Positions 43,039 to 54,491 are shown, counted from the stretch's first letter. The stretch is DNA of 64,000 nt from Candidatus Epulonipiscium sp. (GCA_012799415.1 JAAZLH010000090.1:17668-81667), one strand, 5' to 3'. Made by a program: numbers and translations. Notes: generated by a model from the letters alone, not told the origin.

Positions 43039-44334
43039 CTAACTCCTGTCTGTAATTAAATAAATACGATTTTGCTTTGAATCTACTTTTAAATGATATT
43101 TTATTGCTTGTGCTATACTATCTAGGGAGTATAATGGATACTCCCTAGATAGCAGAGGTTCTAGCTGAAAAGTAGAAAATTTCTTCTTAATATAAGGGTT
43201 TATAAAAAATTGCTCTGTAACATAAAAAGATCCATCCTTTTCATAAATGAAATCATTTACTCGAATCCATTCTTCTTGAAGAAAACCTTTATATTGAACT
43301 TCTAGCTCATTTAAAAAATAAGGTGGAAGTATAAGGTTTTGATAATTGTGAAGAAGTTCATCTTGTTCTGTAACACAAAAGTTTTCTTGGCCAAGGTCAA
43401 AGGATTGAATTTCAATATTATTAAAATCCATATAATGTACAGCTTTCACTTTTGGATACCTTGTTTTTAAAGAAGTATAAATATCTTTTAATAATCCATT
43501 GGCTTGTTCAATATAATATCTATGGTCTACAGTAGAATAGTGAGAAATTCCTAATTGTGAAATCATTAAAGGCTTTCGATGCTGATACATTAGGTAAAAT
43601 TCATCTAGGGTAGCTAAAACATCTAGTTTTTTTTCTTGATTTGAATCAGCTTCTATATATAGGTTTAAGCCAATCCAATCTATATATTCATCTCCTGGAT
43701 CGTATAGATGGCTTTCATAGATATAGTCAGATGATAAACTCCAAATCATACTAATATTGGGGGCCTTTTTTTTAAAAATAGTATATGCTTTTCTAAAAAA
43801 ATCTTGATATTCAATATGATTACCAAAATAATGTGAAAAATCAGGATAGAATTGAACAAAGATGGGGACAAAAAACTCACCTAACTCCTCAGCTGTTCCT
43901 TCTAATAACTGTTCTTGATAAGGGAAAGCCTTAGATGGAGGATGAATAATCAGATGAGGCGTTTTCATCTGGGATGCACATTCTAAAATCCAATCTAAGG
44001 GAAATGGATCGCCAAGCCTTAAATGCCGAATATAAATACCATGAGATTTTTGTGTTCTATTTTCGAAACTTTTGATATCAAATTGAAGATTTTTATTTGA
44101 TAAAATATAAGCCCCTAAATATGCTCCTTTTCTTGGCTCATACAAACTAAGAGAATAATCCTTTTGTTCTATCCATAACTCATAAGATGTAAGCGATATC
44201 TCTTGTTCTAGAGGAATAACCTCCTCTTCTTTAGTAATGATAGAAACACTAGGGTTAGATTGTGATAAAGAATAAGCAATGGCAATAGATAGGATTAATA
44301 TTGTATAGGTAATAAACCACTGTTTTTTTTTCAT
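43039..44334 (-). CDS. Secreted/anchored GH26-like TIM-barrel protein, likely non-catalytic
   Basis: N-terminal TM; YEP..GAYLGAY, YDPGDEYIDWIGLNLY and KPLMISQLG resemble GH26 motifs. Confidence 0.55.
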   Translation of the reverse strand: MKKKQWFITYTILILSIAIAYSLSQSNPSVSIITKEEEVIPLEQEISLTSYELWIEQKDYSLSLYEPRKGAYLGAYILSNKNLQFDIKSFENRTQKSHGIYIRHLRLGDPFPLDWILECASQMKTPHLIIHPPSKAFPYQEQLLEGTAEELGEFFVPIFVQFYPDFSHYFGNHIEYQDFFRKAYTIFKKKAPNISMIWSLSSDYIYESHLYDPGDEYIDWIGLNLYIEADSNQEKKLDVLATLDEFYLMYQHRKPLMISQLGISHYSTVDHRYYIEQANGLLKDIYTSLKTRYPKVKAVHYMDFNNIEIQSFDLGQENFCVTEQDELLHNYQNLILPPYFLNELEVQYKGFLQEEWIRVNDFIYEKDGSFYVTEQFFINPYIKKKFSTFQLEPLLSREYPLYSLDSIAQAIKYHLKVDSKQNRIYLITDRS

Positions 44335-44405
44335 ATATGTACACTCCTTTCATCTAGGATTGTCCACATTTACAGTGTTTTTTATACTATCTATAAAATA
44401 TATTC

Positions 44406-44948
44406 TTATTCAGCAGCAGAAACTAAATAAGTGTTTAGTGTTTCTAAATAATGAATATAAGCCCCTCCCCTATTTTCAATTCGATACTCTTGAGGAAAGG
44501 CAGCATATGGAATAGACTTTCTTCCACCTTTTTGAGCTTCATTCCACCAATGTTGTAAGATGTGAAAGGGAAGGAAAAAATATTCATCATAGGATGAAAA
44601 ATAAACCAATAAAAACGCAACACCTTTATGTTGCTCGTACTGAGACATAAATTCCATTTGATGTGCATGTACATTTTGAAGGGGGAGATGTTTTTGAGCT
44701 GTTTCCTTTGCATCAAAACAAATAGGAATTCCTTGAACAACTCCTATATAGTCTACTGTACTTTTTTGTTCGAAATACGCTAGGGTTATCGTACGATTTT
44801 CCTCATTTATTTTTACTGGTTTAATAGATGTTGGAATTTTTTGAACGATGGCTAATCCTCTAGATATATAGAGATCATTAGTAAGGTTAATCAATTCTTC
44901 TAGAGTGCTACCGCGTAGACCCCGGCTGTTCCAATAGCCCATTGTCAT
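44406..44948 (-). CDS. recU: Holliday junction resolvase RecU
   Basis: RGSTLEELIN, KIPT, STVDYIG, FDAKET and HQ motifs. Confidence 0.92.
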   Translation of the reverse strand: MTMGYWNSRGLRGSTLEELINLTNDLYISRGLAIVQKIPTSIKPVKINEENRTITLAYFEQKSTVDYIGVVQGIPICFDAKETAQKHLPLQNVHAHQMEFMSQYEQHKGVAFLLVYFSSYDEYFFLPFHILQHWWNEAQKGGRKSIPYAAFPQEYRIENRGGAYIHYLETLNTYLVSAAE

Positions 44949-44978
44949 TACCTCCTATGTTTTAGCCTAATAGCATAT

Positions 44979-45995
44979 TTAATCTTCAATTTTTTGTAGT
45001 GTCCAGCGTGCTGTTTTTTGTAGTGTTACATTGGGGTGTTGTAAAAAAGATTGTACCAAAGGGACTAAATGAGAATTAGGGTTATTAGCTAACGCAATTA
45101 GGGCATTTCTCTGCAAAATAGGTTTCCCTCTCCAGGCAGATGCAGTTGATCCATATATTTCATTAAAAGTTTTATTACTCATTGTCAGTATTTGTTCTAA
45201 GTCTGGATAAGCAGAAGTCTCTAGGGGATAAAAATAACTTTTGTCTTGAAAAGGAATTTGTTGATTATAGGGACAAATACTTTGGCAAAGATCACATCCG
45301 TATAGCTGTCTTCCCATTTTCCCTCTTAGGATAGGACTGATTTCTTCTTTGGTCTGTGTTAAATAAGAAATACACTTTTTTGCATTCATTTCATAGTCTT
45401 TGCAAAGAGCATTAGTCGGACAAACTTTTTGACAAAGATCACAGGTTTCACAATAAGATTCATAACAAGGATAATCTGGTTCAATCTCTATATCTGTAAT
45501 TAGATATCCAATAAAAAACCATGACCCAAGAATAGGTGAAATAACAGAGCAGTTTTTCCCCTGCCAACCTAACCCAGCACGCTTAGCTACCTCACGATCT
45601 ATTAAAGGGCCTGTATCCACAAATGCTTTGTAATCTCCACCTAGGTTTTTTTGTAAATAATCACTTAATTGGTTTAACTTGTTTTTTAAAACAGCATGGT
45701 AATCTAGTCCCCAAGCTGCCTTAGAAAGTTTACCATAGGGTCGATCAGGTACTTCTTCATGCCAATTTACATGGTACCCTTCGCCTACAGCAATAATTGT
45801 TTTGGCATTTGGGAAGGTATAACAAGGGTCAATTCTTTTTTTAATATCCTTTTCTTCAAAGCCGCTTAAATAACCTTTTTTTTGTCTATTTAGTAAGGTT
45901 TCTTCAATATAAGAAAAAGGTGCTGCAGAAGTAAATCCAATAATATCAATTTTAAACTCTTTACTTTTTTGAATACATAGTTCTTTTATATTCAT
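44979..45995 (-). CDS. queG: Epoxyqueuosine reductase
   Basis: DYH, VDTGP, GLGWQGKN, two Fe-S clusters and YGCDLCQ motifs. Confidence 0.92.
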   Translation of the reverse strand: MNIKELCIQKSKEFKIDIIGFTSAAPFSYIEETLLNRQKKGYLSGFEEKDIKKRIDPCYTFPNAKTIIAVGEGYHVNWHEEVPDRPYGKLSKAAWGLDYHAVLKNKLNQLSDYLQKNLGGDYKAFVDTGPLIDREVAKRAGLGWQGKNCSVISPILGSWFFIGYLITDIEIEPDYPCYESYCETCDLCQKVCPTNALCKDYEMNAKKCISYLTQTKEEISPILRGKMGRQLYGCDLCQSICPYNQQIPFQDKSYFYPLETSAYPDLEQILTMSNKTFNEIYGSTASAWRGKPILQRNALIALANNPNSHLVPLVQSFLQHPNVTLQKTARWTLQKIED

Positions 45996-46098
45996 TTTGT
46001 ATCACCTTTTGTTATTATACAGGATTTCACTGACTTTATCTATTAAATTTATTGATTTTATATGGAAAAAAGATTATACTAAAGATAGGTGATGTAAA

Positions 46099-47298
46099 AT
46101 GATGGATATTATAAAAAGCAAATTAAATCAATATCAAGAATGGATAAAAGAAGAGATCAACTACTTCTCTTTATCTACTCAAGAACAAGCTTTATTTTTA
46201 GAAAACAAAAAAAGATATCGCCGAGCTAGAGATAAATATGTACAATTGAATAATTGGCCTAAAGCTATTGAAATTAGCAAGCTGTTGGAGGATTATGAAA
46301 ATATATTTAATTATCAAGTAAAGAATGAAGAATGGGAACAAGCCCTACATACAGTAGAATTATATGAATTATATCATCTTGGAGCACCTTTATGTGTAGA
46401 ACGAGGCTTACTTAACAAAGCAGCTCATATGTATTCCTTTTTCGATAGGATAAAAGCTGCATCCCTTTATAAGCAACTTGGATTATGGGATAAAGCTGCG
46501 GAATCTTATTTACTTACTGAGCAATATTTTCGGGCTTTGGATTGCTTAGATAATTTAAAAGATATAGAAAAAAAGATACAGGGATATAAAAATATTGAAA
46601 TGAAAACTGATGAGCTTTTTGCAAAAAAACAATATGAAAAAGCTTTGAAGCTATATATTCGAATGGAGTTATGGGAAAAAGCCTTACAAATATCTCAGAT
46701 TTTAAATTATACAGATATTTCAAGCCAAATCTATGAACAGTTGGCTCAGTTGGCTCTAAATGCAGGTGAATTATTAAAAGCAGCAAGCTTTTTAGAGCAG
46801 ATTCATGTTCCCGAGGCTATACATCTATATTTAGAAATAGGATATATTGAAGATGCAGCTAGGTTACTTATCAATATGAATAAAAAAGAAGAAGCCCTGC
46901 AGCTCTTTTTAGAATATAAATATATTGATAAAGCAGAAAAATTAGCAGAGAAAGAAGATTTATATGATATATTACTTTCTTATTATAAACAATCAACTAA
47001 TATAGAAAAAATATATGAAATTTATGAGAAGCTGGAAAAGTTTGAGGAGGCAGCCCTTTATTTTATAGAGCAAAAAAGAAATGATTTAGCTCTACCTTGC
47101 ACAAAAAAAATTGTAGATAAATCAAAGGCTGTATTATTACTTGAACAAATGGAAGAATGGGAAATGGCTGCACATTATTATTTAGCTTTAAATAGGCCAG
47201 ATCTATGCGAAATTTGTTTGCATAAATCTGGATTTAATCCGCAGCAAATCAAAGAATTTATTAAGATAAAAAACTATCCCGATTCTTTTTCTTTGTAA
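46099..47298 (+). CDS. Alpha-helical repeat (TPR-like) hypothetical protein
   Basis: Recurring W/Y-x-KA-x-x-Y helical units across 399 aa. Confidence 0.6.
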   Translation: MMDIIKSKLNQYQEWIKEEINYFSLSTQEQALFLENKKRYRRARDKYVQLNNWPKAIEISKLLEDYENIFNYQVKNEEWEQALHTVELYELYHLGAPLCVERGLLNKAAHMYSFFDRIKAASLYKQLGLWDKAAESYLLTEQYFRALDCLDNLKDIEKKIQGYKNIEMKTDELFAKKQYEKALKLYIRMELWEKALQISQILNYTDISSQIYEQLAQLALNAGELLKAASFLEQIHVPEAIHLYLEIGYIEDAARLLINMNKKEEALQLFLEYKYIDKAEKLAEKEDLYDILLSYYKQSTNIEKIYEIYEKLEKFEEAALYFIEQKRNDLALPCTKKIVDKSKAVLLLEQMEEWEMAAHYYLALNRPDLCEICLHKSGFNPQQIKEFIKIKNYPDSFSL

Positions 47299-47317
47299 GG
47301 GAAAGAATCAGGATTAT

Positions 47318-48280
47318 TTATTTAGGAATGATTTTTGTGAAAATATTTGGTGGCGGGGAAGTAAATTCCTGTTCATTTAAATATTCTAAATGGTTCTTTA
47401 TATTAGAAAACCTTATTTTGTATCCATGAAGTAATTGGCTAGATAATTTATATTTTTGAAAAAGGATTTGATTCCATGTAGGTTCTCCATATTTAGGATC
47501 TCCTGCAATGGGATGTTGAATCGATGATAAATGAAGTCGAATTTGGTGTGTACGCCCTGTAGCCAATTGTACTTCTACTAGTGTACTTTCTCCATTAGAT
47601 TGTATTGGCCAATAATAAGTTTCAATAATTTTACTATTTTTAGTTGGAACTGTGTCAATTTGTCCCTTATTTTCTTTATGGTCTTTTGAATAATAGTCAA
47701 CTAGTCTTCCTTCTTTTTTTAAATTTCCTTTTACAATAGTTAGGTAATAGCGTTGAATAGATTGTTTTTGTATGCAATCATTGATCTCCTGTAAAGTAGG
47801 CAGATTTTTACCAACAATAATCAATCCACTGGTGTTTCTATCTAGCCTATTACAAAGACCAGGTGTAAACCCCTGCTCCTGTTCGGGTAAAAACTCTGAT
47901 TGTTCGTATAAATAATATAAAACCTGATGTAATAAAGTATTTTTTTGATTTGGTTTGTTTGGGTGTGTAAGTAATCCGGCTGGTTTATTACAAATCAATA
48001 TGTTTTGATCCTCATATACAATATCAAAGGTTCGTTGTACTTGGACAACTTTTGCCAATGATTTTTGAAATTGGGCGATGGTGTCATTACTTAAATATAG
48101 CTGTATTTGATCTCCTACCCTCAAAAGTTCATTTCCTGTTGCCTTTTTATTATTGTATTTAATTCTTTTTTTTCTTAGCATTTTGTAAATAAAACTTTTC
48201 GGTGCTTGATCCATATATTTCATTAAAAACTTATCAATTCTTTGATTAGCATCATTAAATTGTATGGTTAATTCTTTCAT
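47318..48280 (-). CDS. RluA/RluC/RluD-family pseudouridine synthase
   Basis: S4 domain, NKPAGL, NRLDRNTSG and TGRTHQIR motifs. Confidence 0.9.
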   Translation of the reverse strand: MKELTIQFNDANQRIDKFLMKYMDQAPKSFIYKMLRKKRIKYNNKKATGNELLRVGDQIQLYLSNDTIAQFQKSLAKVVQVQRTFDIVYEDQNILICNKPAGLLTHPNKPNQKNTLLHQVLYYLYEQSEFLPEQEQGFTPGLCNRLDRNTSGLIIVGKNLPTLQEINDCIQKQSIQRYYLTIVKGNLKKEGRLVDYYSKDHKENKGQIDTVPTKNSKIIETYYWPIQSNGESTLVEVQLATGRTHQIRLHLSSIQHPIAGDPKYGEPTWNQILFQKYKLSSQLLHGYKIRFSNIKNHLEYLNEQEFTSPPPNIFTKIIPK

Positions 48281-48292
48281 TGATTCACCTTT

Positions 48293-48853
48293 CTATAACG
48301 AATGGAACTGGATGATTTTAATATACTCTTTTTGCTGAGATAAGTCCATTGTTTTATTCTCTTGAAGTGTGGAGATAAGAGCTCTAATGTTTTTATCACC
48401 ATAAACGAAGTTTATCTTATTGTCTAAACCTTTTCTTTCAAAAATATAAATGATTGCGTTTTCACTTTTTCTAGAGTTTGAAGGTTTATTTTGACTAAGG
48501 CAGTGAATGCTAGAATCCCCTATCAAAATACCATCAAAAAATATATTATTTTTGCCATTAGTTAAGAGGGCACTATTCCATAAGACATAAGGAAGAGGAG
48601 TTTTCTCAAATTGCGACAACCATTTTTTACTAGGGTCTTTATAGGGTAGATAAACAATGAGACGAACACCCAATTGAGCGACACCCAAAATTAAAAAAAT
48701 AGCGATGATTGTAAATATGTTTTTAGGTGTTTTAGTTAGCCATATTCCAAAGCCATAAGTAGTTAGCATACTTCCTAAAACTAACAATGTGTAAAAGCTA
48801 TATTTCTTTTTTTGATGTTTTAGATATTCAGAATCACGTAAAATTTTTTCCAT
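48293..48853 (-). CDS. Hypothetical membrane protein
   Basis: Two TM helices; KNIFTIIAI motif; operonic spacing. Confidence 0.6.
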   Translation of the reverse strand: MEKILRDSEYLKHQKKKYSFYTLLVLGSMLTTYGFGIWLTKTPKNIFTIIAIFLILGVAQLGVRLIVYLPYKDPSKKWLSQFEKTPLPYVLWNSALLTNGKNNIFFDGILIGDSSIHCLSQNKPSNSRKSENAIIYIFERKGLDNKINFVYGDKNIRALISTLQENKTMDLSQQKEYIKIIQFHSL

Positions 48854-48864
48854 TTTAAAACTCC

Positions 48865-49626
48865 TTACTCATAAATCATCTTAATAGTCATCCCGCCATC
48901 TACAATAAGATTTGTTCCTGTCATAAAACTAGCTTGCTCAGAGGTCAAGAAAAGACATGCATGAGCAATATCTTCCGGAACACCTACTCGCCCTACCAAA
49001 TGTTGTGCATGATCCCGCTCAGATGTATGGATAAACTTTCTATCTTTTTGTTTTTTCCACTGAGATACATCTATCCACCCTGGGCTAATGGCATTGACCC
49101 TGATATTAGGTCCTAGGCTAGCAGCTAGTGAGTGAGTTAAGGATAATAACCCCCCTTTAGAAGCTGAATAAGGTTCTGTATGAGGTTCCGACATCAAAGC
49201 ACGTGTAGATACAATATTAATAATACTTCCTCCTTCATTAGACATAAAGGGAAGTACATTTTTTGTCACAAGGTAGGGGCCAGTTAAATTAACAGCTAAT
49301 ACGTGATTCCACTCTTCTATGCTACGATTACATAGAGTTCCTCCTGAAGAAATTGCAGCATTATTAACAAGAATATCAATACGTTCAAAACGTTTTGATA
49401 TAAGATTCATCATGTTTTCAATACTACTAACTTCACTTACATCAGCAGGTATAAAAAAACAATAGTGGTTTTGATTCAAGATATACTCTTCTGTTTCTTT
49501 TCCTGCTTCTTCATCAATATCTGTAATAATAACATAGGCCCCTTTTTTTGCATAGGCCCTAGCAATGCAAGCACCTATTCCCTGACCTCCTCCTGTAATT
49601 AACACAACTTTATTTTTAAAATCCAT
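48865..49626 (-). CDS. SDR-family oxidoreductase
   Basis: TGGGQGIG, NNAA, YSASK and VNAISPGWI motifs. Confidence 0.9.
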   Translation of the reverse strand: MDFKNKVVLITGGGQGIGACIARAYAKKGAYVIITDIDEEAGKETEEYILNQNHYCFFIPADVSEVSSIENMMNLISKRFERIDILVNNAAISSGGTLCNRSIEEWNHVLAVNLTGPYLVTKNVLPFMSNEGGSIINIVSTRALMSEPHTEPYSASKGGLLSLTHSLAASLGPNIRVNAISPGWIDVSQWKKQKDRKFIHTSERDHAQHLVGRVGVPEDIAHACLFLTSEQASFMTGTNLIVDGGMTIKMIYE

Positions 49627-49708
49627 ATGGTCTCCTCCGTTTCTATCATCATTCTAAGTGTAGCAAAGAATAGAGAGAAAGAAAAGGGGAACCGAAAAAA
49701 TTTTTGAG

Positions 49709-51007
<1,299 letters not shown>

Positions 51008-51017
51008 TTAGTAATAT

Positions 51018-51048
51018 AAAAACTCTCCTAGATAAAAGGAGAGTTTTT
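51018..51048 (-). terminator. Riboswitch expression-platform terminator
   Basis: AAAAACTCTCCT...AGGAGAGTTTTT between the SAM aptamer and metY. Confidence 0.8.
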
Positions 51049-51055
51049 GATTCTC

Positions 51056-51160
51056 CTCTTATCTGTCAGAAATAAATTCTGTTGGAATTAGCACCTTTCA
51101 TGTTCTACATGAGGTTGCCGGGTTTCATTGGGCCAGTCCCTCCACCACTCTCGATAAGAG
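51056..51160 (-). ncRNA. SAM-I (S-box) riboswitch
   Basis: Minus strand CTCTTATCGAGAG-TGGTGGAGGGACTGGCCC..GAAACCCGGCAACC...GGTGCTAATTCC...GATAAGAG. Confidence 0.95.
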
Positions 51161-51244
51161 TTTTATATTTTTTATTTTGTCTAAATTATCACATAATAGG
51201 ATTTTTGTCAATAGTAAATTTCTTATGCTTTTATTTTAGGGATG

Positions 51245-51466
51245 TCACCAAGGGAATTTTTGAACATTTTGGATAATACCACAAGCTAGTTTTTTACCTG
51301 AATTTCCTGCTGGTTGTGATCGATAATCATCAGGTGATTCATGAATAATAACACTTTTGCCAATGATATCATTAACATGAAATCGATTAGTAAAAAAAGA
51401 CATCCTGGCGACACCAGCGTTGGAAAATAATACAGGAAAATCGCCAGCATGGTTACCATGAGGTTG
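51245..51466 (-). CDS. sodC: 3' half of interrupted Cu/Zn superoxide dismutase
   Basis: QPHG-NHAGDFP...GKSVIIH..PDD..SQPAGNSGKKLACGII is the canonical SodC C-terminal half; no stops or frameshifts. Confidence 0.9.
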   Translation of the reverse strand, partial: QPHGNHAGDFPVLFSNAGVARMSFFTNRFHVNDIIGKSVIIHESPDDYRSQPAGNSGKKLACGIIQNVQKFPW

Positions 51467-51480
51467 TGTGTACTCATTGG
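51456..51480. repeat. attR: core CCATGAGGTTG (51456-51466) plus element arm TGTGTACTCATTGG
   Basis: Core identical to 62605-62615; arm is a 12/14 inverted match to 62588-62601. Confidence 0.9.
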
Positions 51481-51512
51481 CACTATAATGACCTATGATA
51501 TTGTACATTGAA

Positions 51513-53069
51513 CTAGATAAATACTTCCCATTCTATATCAATATTTAAAAGAGGTTTTACCCCATGATCTGCTTTACTTAACTGGTTAATAGTTATCCTT
51601 TTAACAAGGCTTTCTAAGTTTCTTCTTGTCAACTCGCCTTTTTGTATAATCTCATTTAAAATATCAAGAGATTTTATAGTATCCTTTTTAATATGAAGAT
51701 CTGCCTCTTGGAGATGTGTAAGTTCATTAAGTTGAGAAATCAATAATGTAAGCTCCCTATTTGCTTCATTTATCATTTCAGTAGCAATTTCTTCTATAAT
51801 AATGCCTTTAGCCAATTGCCTGGAGTAATTTTTAATTTCTTCTTTTTTTTCAGTAATTCTTATATTGTATTCAGCGATTGATTCTCCATAACTTTGATTA
51901 CAATTTGTTAGGTTGTTAATTTCTATATCTAATTGATCCAGATGATCCTCTATATACCTTTTTAACATTTCCAATTTATCTAGTATGATTTTAATTAATT
52001 CCCGTTCATTTATTTTGTGGCTACTACAAAATTTGGCTCCATAGAGATGATTATTTGTACAGATATAACTAGGGGGACTTCTTTTCTTTTTAACTTTCAT
52101 AAACCCTCCGCCGCAATCCCCACATTTAAGAAACCCTGCAAATAGATTAATGCCAGCACTTGTTCCCCTAACATTGTTGTTAACTCTATTATCTATGATT
52201 TTTTGTGCTAGTTCGAAATCCTCTTTTGAGATAATAGGTTCATGATAATCTTCATATATAACGTGCTTATCGTCATCTACGAAATGAGTTTTACCGTTTA
52301 CCTTTTTTCTCTTTGTCTTGCCACAGCGCAAAATTCCTATATACACATCATTTTTTATAATCCTTAGAACATGAGTTCCATTCCATTTTTCAGCAACACT
52401 ACTTGATATTTTTTTACCTGTTTTTATATATTGATATTTTGAAGGCGTTAGTACTCTTTCCCTATTTAATATGTTGGCTATGATTCTTCCACCATGTCCA
52501 CCAAGATAAAGTTGAAAGATTCTGGCCACTATAGCTGCAGCTTCTGCATCAATAATAAGTCGATGTTTATTATCTGGATCTCTTATATAGCCAAAGGGAA
52601 CCTTAGTAATTAAGCCACCTTCAGATTGCTTTGTACTTAGATTTGCTTTTATTTTTCTTGATAAATCTTTGATATATTTTTCATTATACCATGTTTTAAT
52701 CCCAATAATATCATCATCATCTTTATCACTATCGTAATTATCGTGTATGAGTATAAGTCTTACATTGTACTCTTCTAGGTACTCTAGGAATAATAAGGTT
52801 TTTGCATTATGGCGACCAATCCTGGATAAATCTTTTGTAAGAAGTATATCAACTTGGTTTAATTCTATCAGCTCCTTTAGCCTAGCTAACTCTCTTCTAT
52901 TAAAGATATATCCGGATATATTATCATCTTCAAAGATATATATGACAGATGAGCCTAATTGAGTAATCGCATAGTTTTTAATCATCTTTTTTTGAGTGAT
53001 AATCGTATCATAGTTTTCCTTATCTTCATCTCTAGAAACTCTGGCATACCCATATATTCTAAGTGCCAT
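51513..53069 (-). CDS. Large serine recombinase (SpoIVCA/CisA-like architecture)
   Basis: YARVS catalytic Ser, DDNISG, KDLSRIGR, recombinase domain, CGDCG..C..C zinc ribbon and coiled coil; ends 46 bp from the att core. Confidence 0.93.
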   Translation of the reverse strand: MALRIYGYARVSRDEDKENYDTIITQKKMIKNYAITQLGSSVIYIFEDDNISGYIFNRRELARLKELIELNQVDILLTKDLSRIGRHNAKTLLFLEYLEEYNVRLILIHDNYDSDKDDDDIIGIKTWYNEKYIKDLSRKIKANLSTKQSEGGLITKVPFGYIRDPDNKHRLIIDAEAAAIVARIFQLYLGGHGGRIIANILNRERVLTPSKYQYIKTGKKISSSVAEKWNGTHVLRIIKNDVYIGILRCGKTKRKKVNGKTHFVDDDKHVIYEDYHEPIISKEDFELAQKIIDNRVNNNVRGTSAGINLFAGFLKCGDCGGGFMKVKKKRSPPSYICTNNHLYGAKFCSSHKINERELIKIILDKLEMLKRYIEDHLDQLDIEINNLTNCNQSYGESIAEYNIRITEKKEEIKNYSRQLAKGIIIEEIATEMINEANRELTLLISQLNELTHLQEADLHIKKDTIKSLDILNEIIQKGELTRRNLESLVKRITINQLSKADHGVKPLLNIDIEWEVFI

Positions 53070-53092
53070 TTTGACTTCTCCCTTAGAACGAT

Positions 53093-53293
53093 CTACTTAT
53101 ATCGAAAAAGTTTGTTATAATCATTACGTATAACCTTCTTTTCTTTTAATCTTGATATAACTATATCTCTAAATGCTTCTTCTACTGTAATGGTTCCATC
53201 GAATCGATGGGTTACTTCCTCAATATTGTTATATTTATTTTTGTCAACAATAACTAAACCTTCACTATAATCTTTGCTTTTTACGATACTCAT
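53093..53293 (-). CDS. Small protein, candidate recombination directionality factor
   Basis: 66 aa, RBS AAGGGGGA, 23 bp upstream of and co-oriented with the recombinase; function inferred from position only. Confidence 0.55.
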   Translation of the reverse strand: MSIVKSKDYSEGLVIVDKNKYNNIEEVTHRFDGTITVEEAFRDIVISRLKEKKVIRNDYNKLFRYK

Positions 53294-53321
53294 ACTATTC
53301 CCCCTTTTGATTTCTACTTAC

Positions 53322-53350
53322 TAATATATGATCAAAAGACTTATACAGTG
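53322..53350 (-). promoter_or_regulatory. Sigma-K-like promoter of small ORF + recombinase
   Basis: Minus strand CACT-N16-CATATATTA versus sigma-K consensus mACm-N16-CATA---Ta. Confidence 0.6.
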
Positions 53351-53682
53351 CCTATATGCATTTGATATTTCAGTAACATATCAAGAGCATATAAGTTTAC
53401 AAACTCAGCCCCTATTGTTTTTTACTTTTTATATTTTAAAATGTTTTATTACTTATTGCCTTCTATAAATTCGCATATAAATACACTAGTCAATATTTTT
53501 GATTTAGTGTATTTATTATTTATGCCATATGTAATTCACATTCTTGTTTTTTCTTATGATCAATACTATAGGCTTCTAGTTTTCTATTGGTATTCCTCTT
53601 TGTTCTACATTTTTTCAATACTAGCCTACTATTAAATTAATAAAAACTTGTTGTTCTTTGGATAATAGGGGTTAGCAAGTTG

Positions 53683-53716
53683 AAAAACAACAGCCTATGA
53701 TAGACTGTTGTTTTCT
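53683..53716. terminator. Terminator separating cargo from the recombinase module
   Basis: AAAACAACAG-CCTATGATAGA-CTGTTGTTTT hairpin downstream of the NUDIX gene. Confidence 0.6.
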
Positions 53717-53768
53717 AGCTTATATTCTAGTTTTCAAGCTTTTTTTACAATTAAGCCTGATTGGGGTT

Positions 53769-54179
53769 TTATATAGCAGTTTGTATTTTCTTCATTAACT
53801 TTGGTTGTATCAAGGGGTATGTCCATTTCTCTGGTAAACCATCAAAAAGCTCTATCTTTTCTATTTCCATCTTTGGTAATTCTTCAAACATCTCAATCTC
53901 TGCAAAAAAAAGCATACCAAATGTTTCTTCACCATTTTTTATAACAGAATAAACACATATCTTCCTTAAATCAAACTTACTTGCACCCGTTTCTTCCCAA
54001 AGTTCTCTTTTAGCAGTTTCTAAAATTGTTTCTCCTGGTTCCCTATGTCCACCAGGGCATTCGTAAGTATCTCGTTCCTTATGCTTGCAAAATACCCATT
54101 TCCCTTTGTGATTTGCTACAATTACTGCAAATTTTAATAAGCTATCATCAACAGTATCATAAAATTTCACTTCTATCAT
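53769..54179 (-). CDS. NUDIX hydrolase
   Basis: Nudix box GGHREPGETILETAKRELWEETG. Confidence 0.9.
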   Translation of the reverse strand: MIEVKFYDTVDDSLLKFAVIVANHKGKWVFCKHKERDTYECPGGHREPGETILETAKRELWEETGASKFDLRKICVYSVIKNGEETFGMLFFAEIEMFEELPKMEIEKIELFDGLPEKWTYPLIQPKLMKKIQTAI

Positions 54180-54491
54180 CTATAAATCTCCTTTGCAAAA
54201 TATAAGCCTACGAATCCTTATCATTGTTTTTCAAATCATAATTTTCTTAAAAAGGCAATTTAAATTGATCAGTAGTAATTATATCATAACATCCTTGTCT
54301 TTAAAACGAATATATAAAATTAAAGTTTGAATGTACTATAAATACTTGATAGCTTAGAATTTTTAAAAACAAGGAGTAAAATACCGTAAAATTCATTTCT
54401 GAATAATACGGTATTAAAATAGGTTTTTTTATTTTGTAATAAACATTGGCTTACGTTAGCAATTGAAAAGGAGCTGATTGCTCAAAAGGTC

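Noticed and set aside
51108-51117. Third near-copy of the att core (CATGAGGTTG) 350 bp outside the element
   Set aside because: It lies in the conserved GCAACC/P3 region of the SAM-I riboswitch and lacks the flanking att arms; most likely coincidence
51082-51276. 64-aa plus-strand ORF
   Set aside because: Antisense to the SAM riboswitch; spurious
51467-51508. Element-derived ATG in frame with the sodC 3' half (87-aa ORF), as if the element restored the gene
   Set aside because: The 14 added residues are unrelated to SodC, the N-terminal Cu ligands are missing and the RBS is weak; it cannot be a functional SOD
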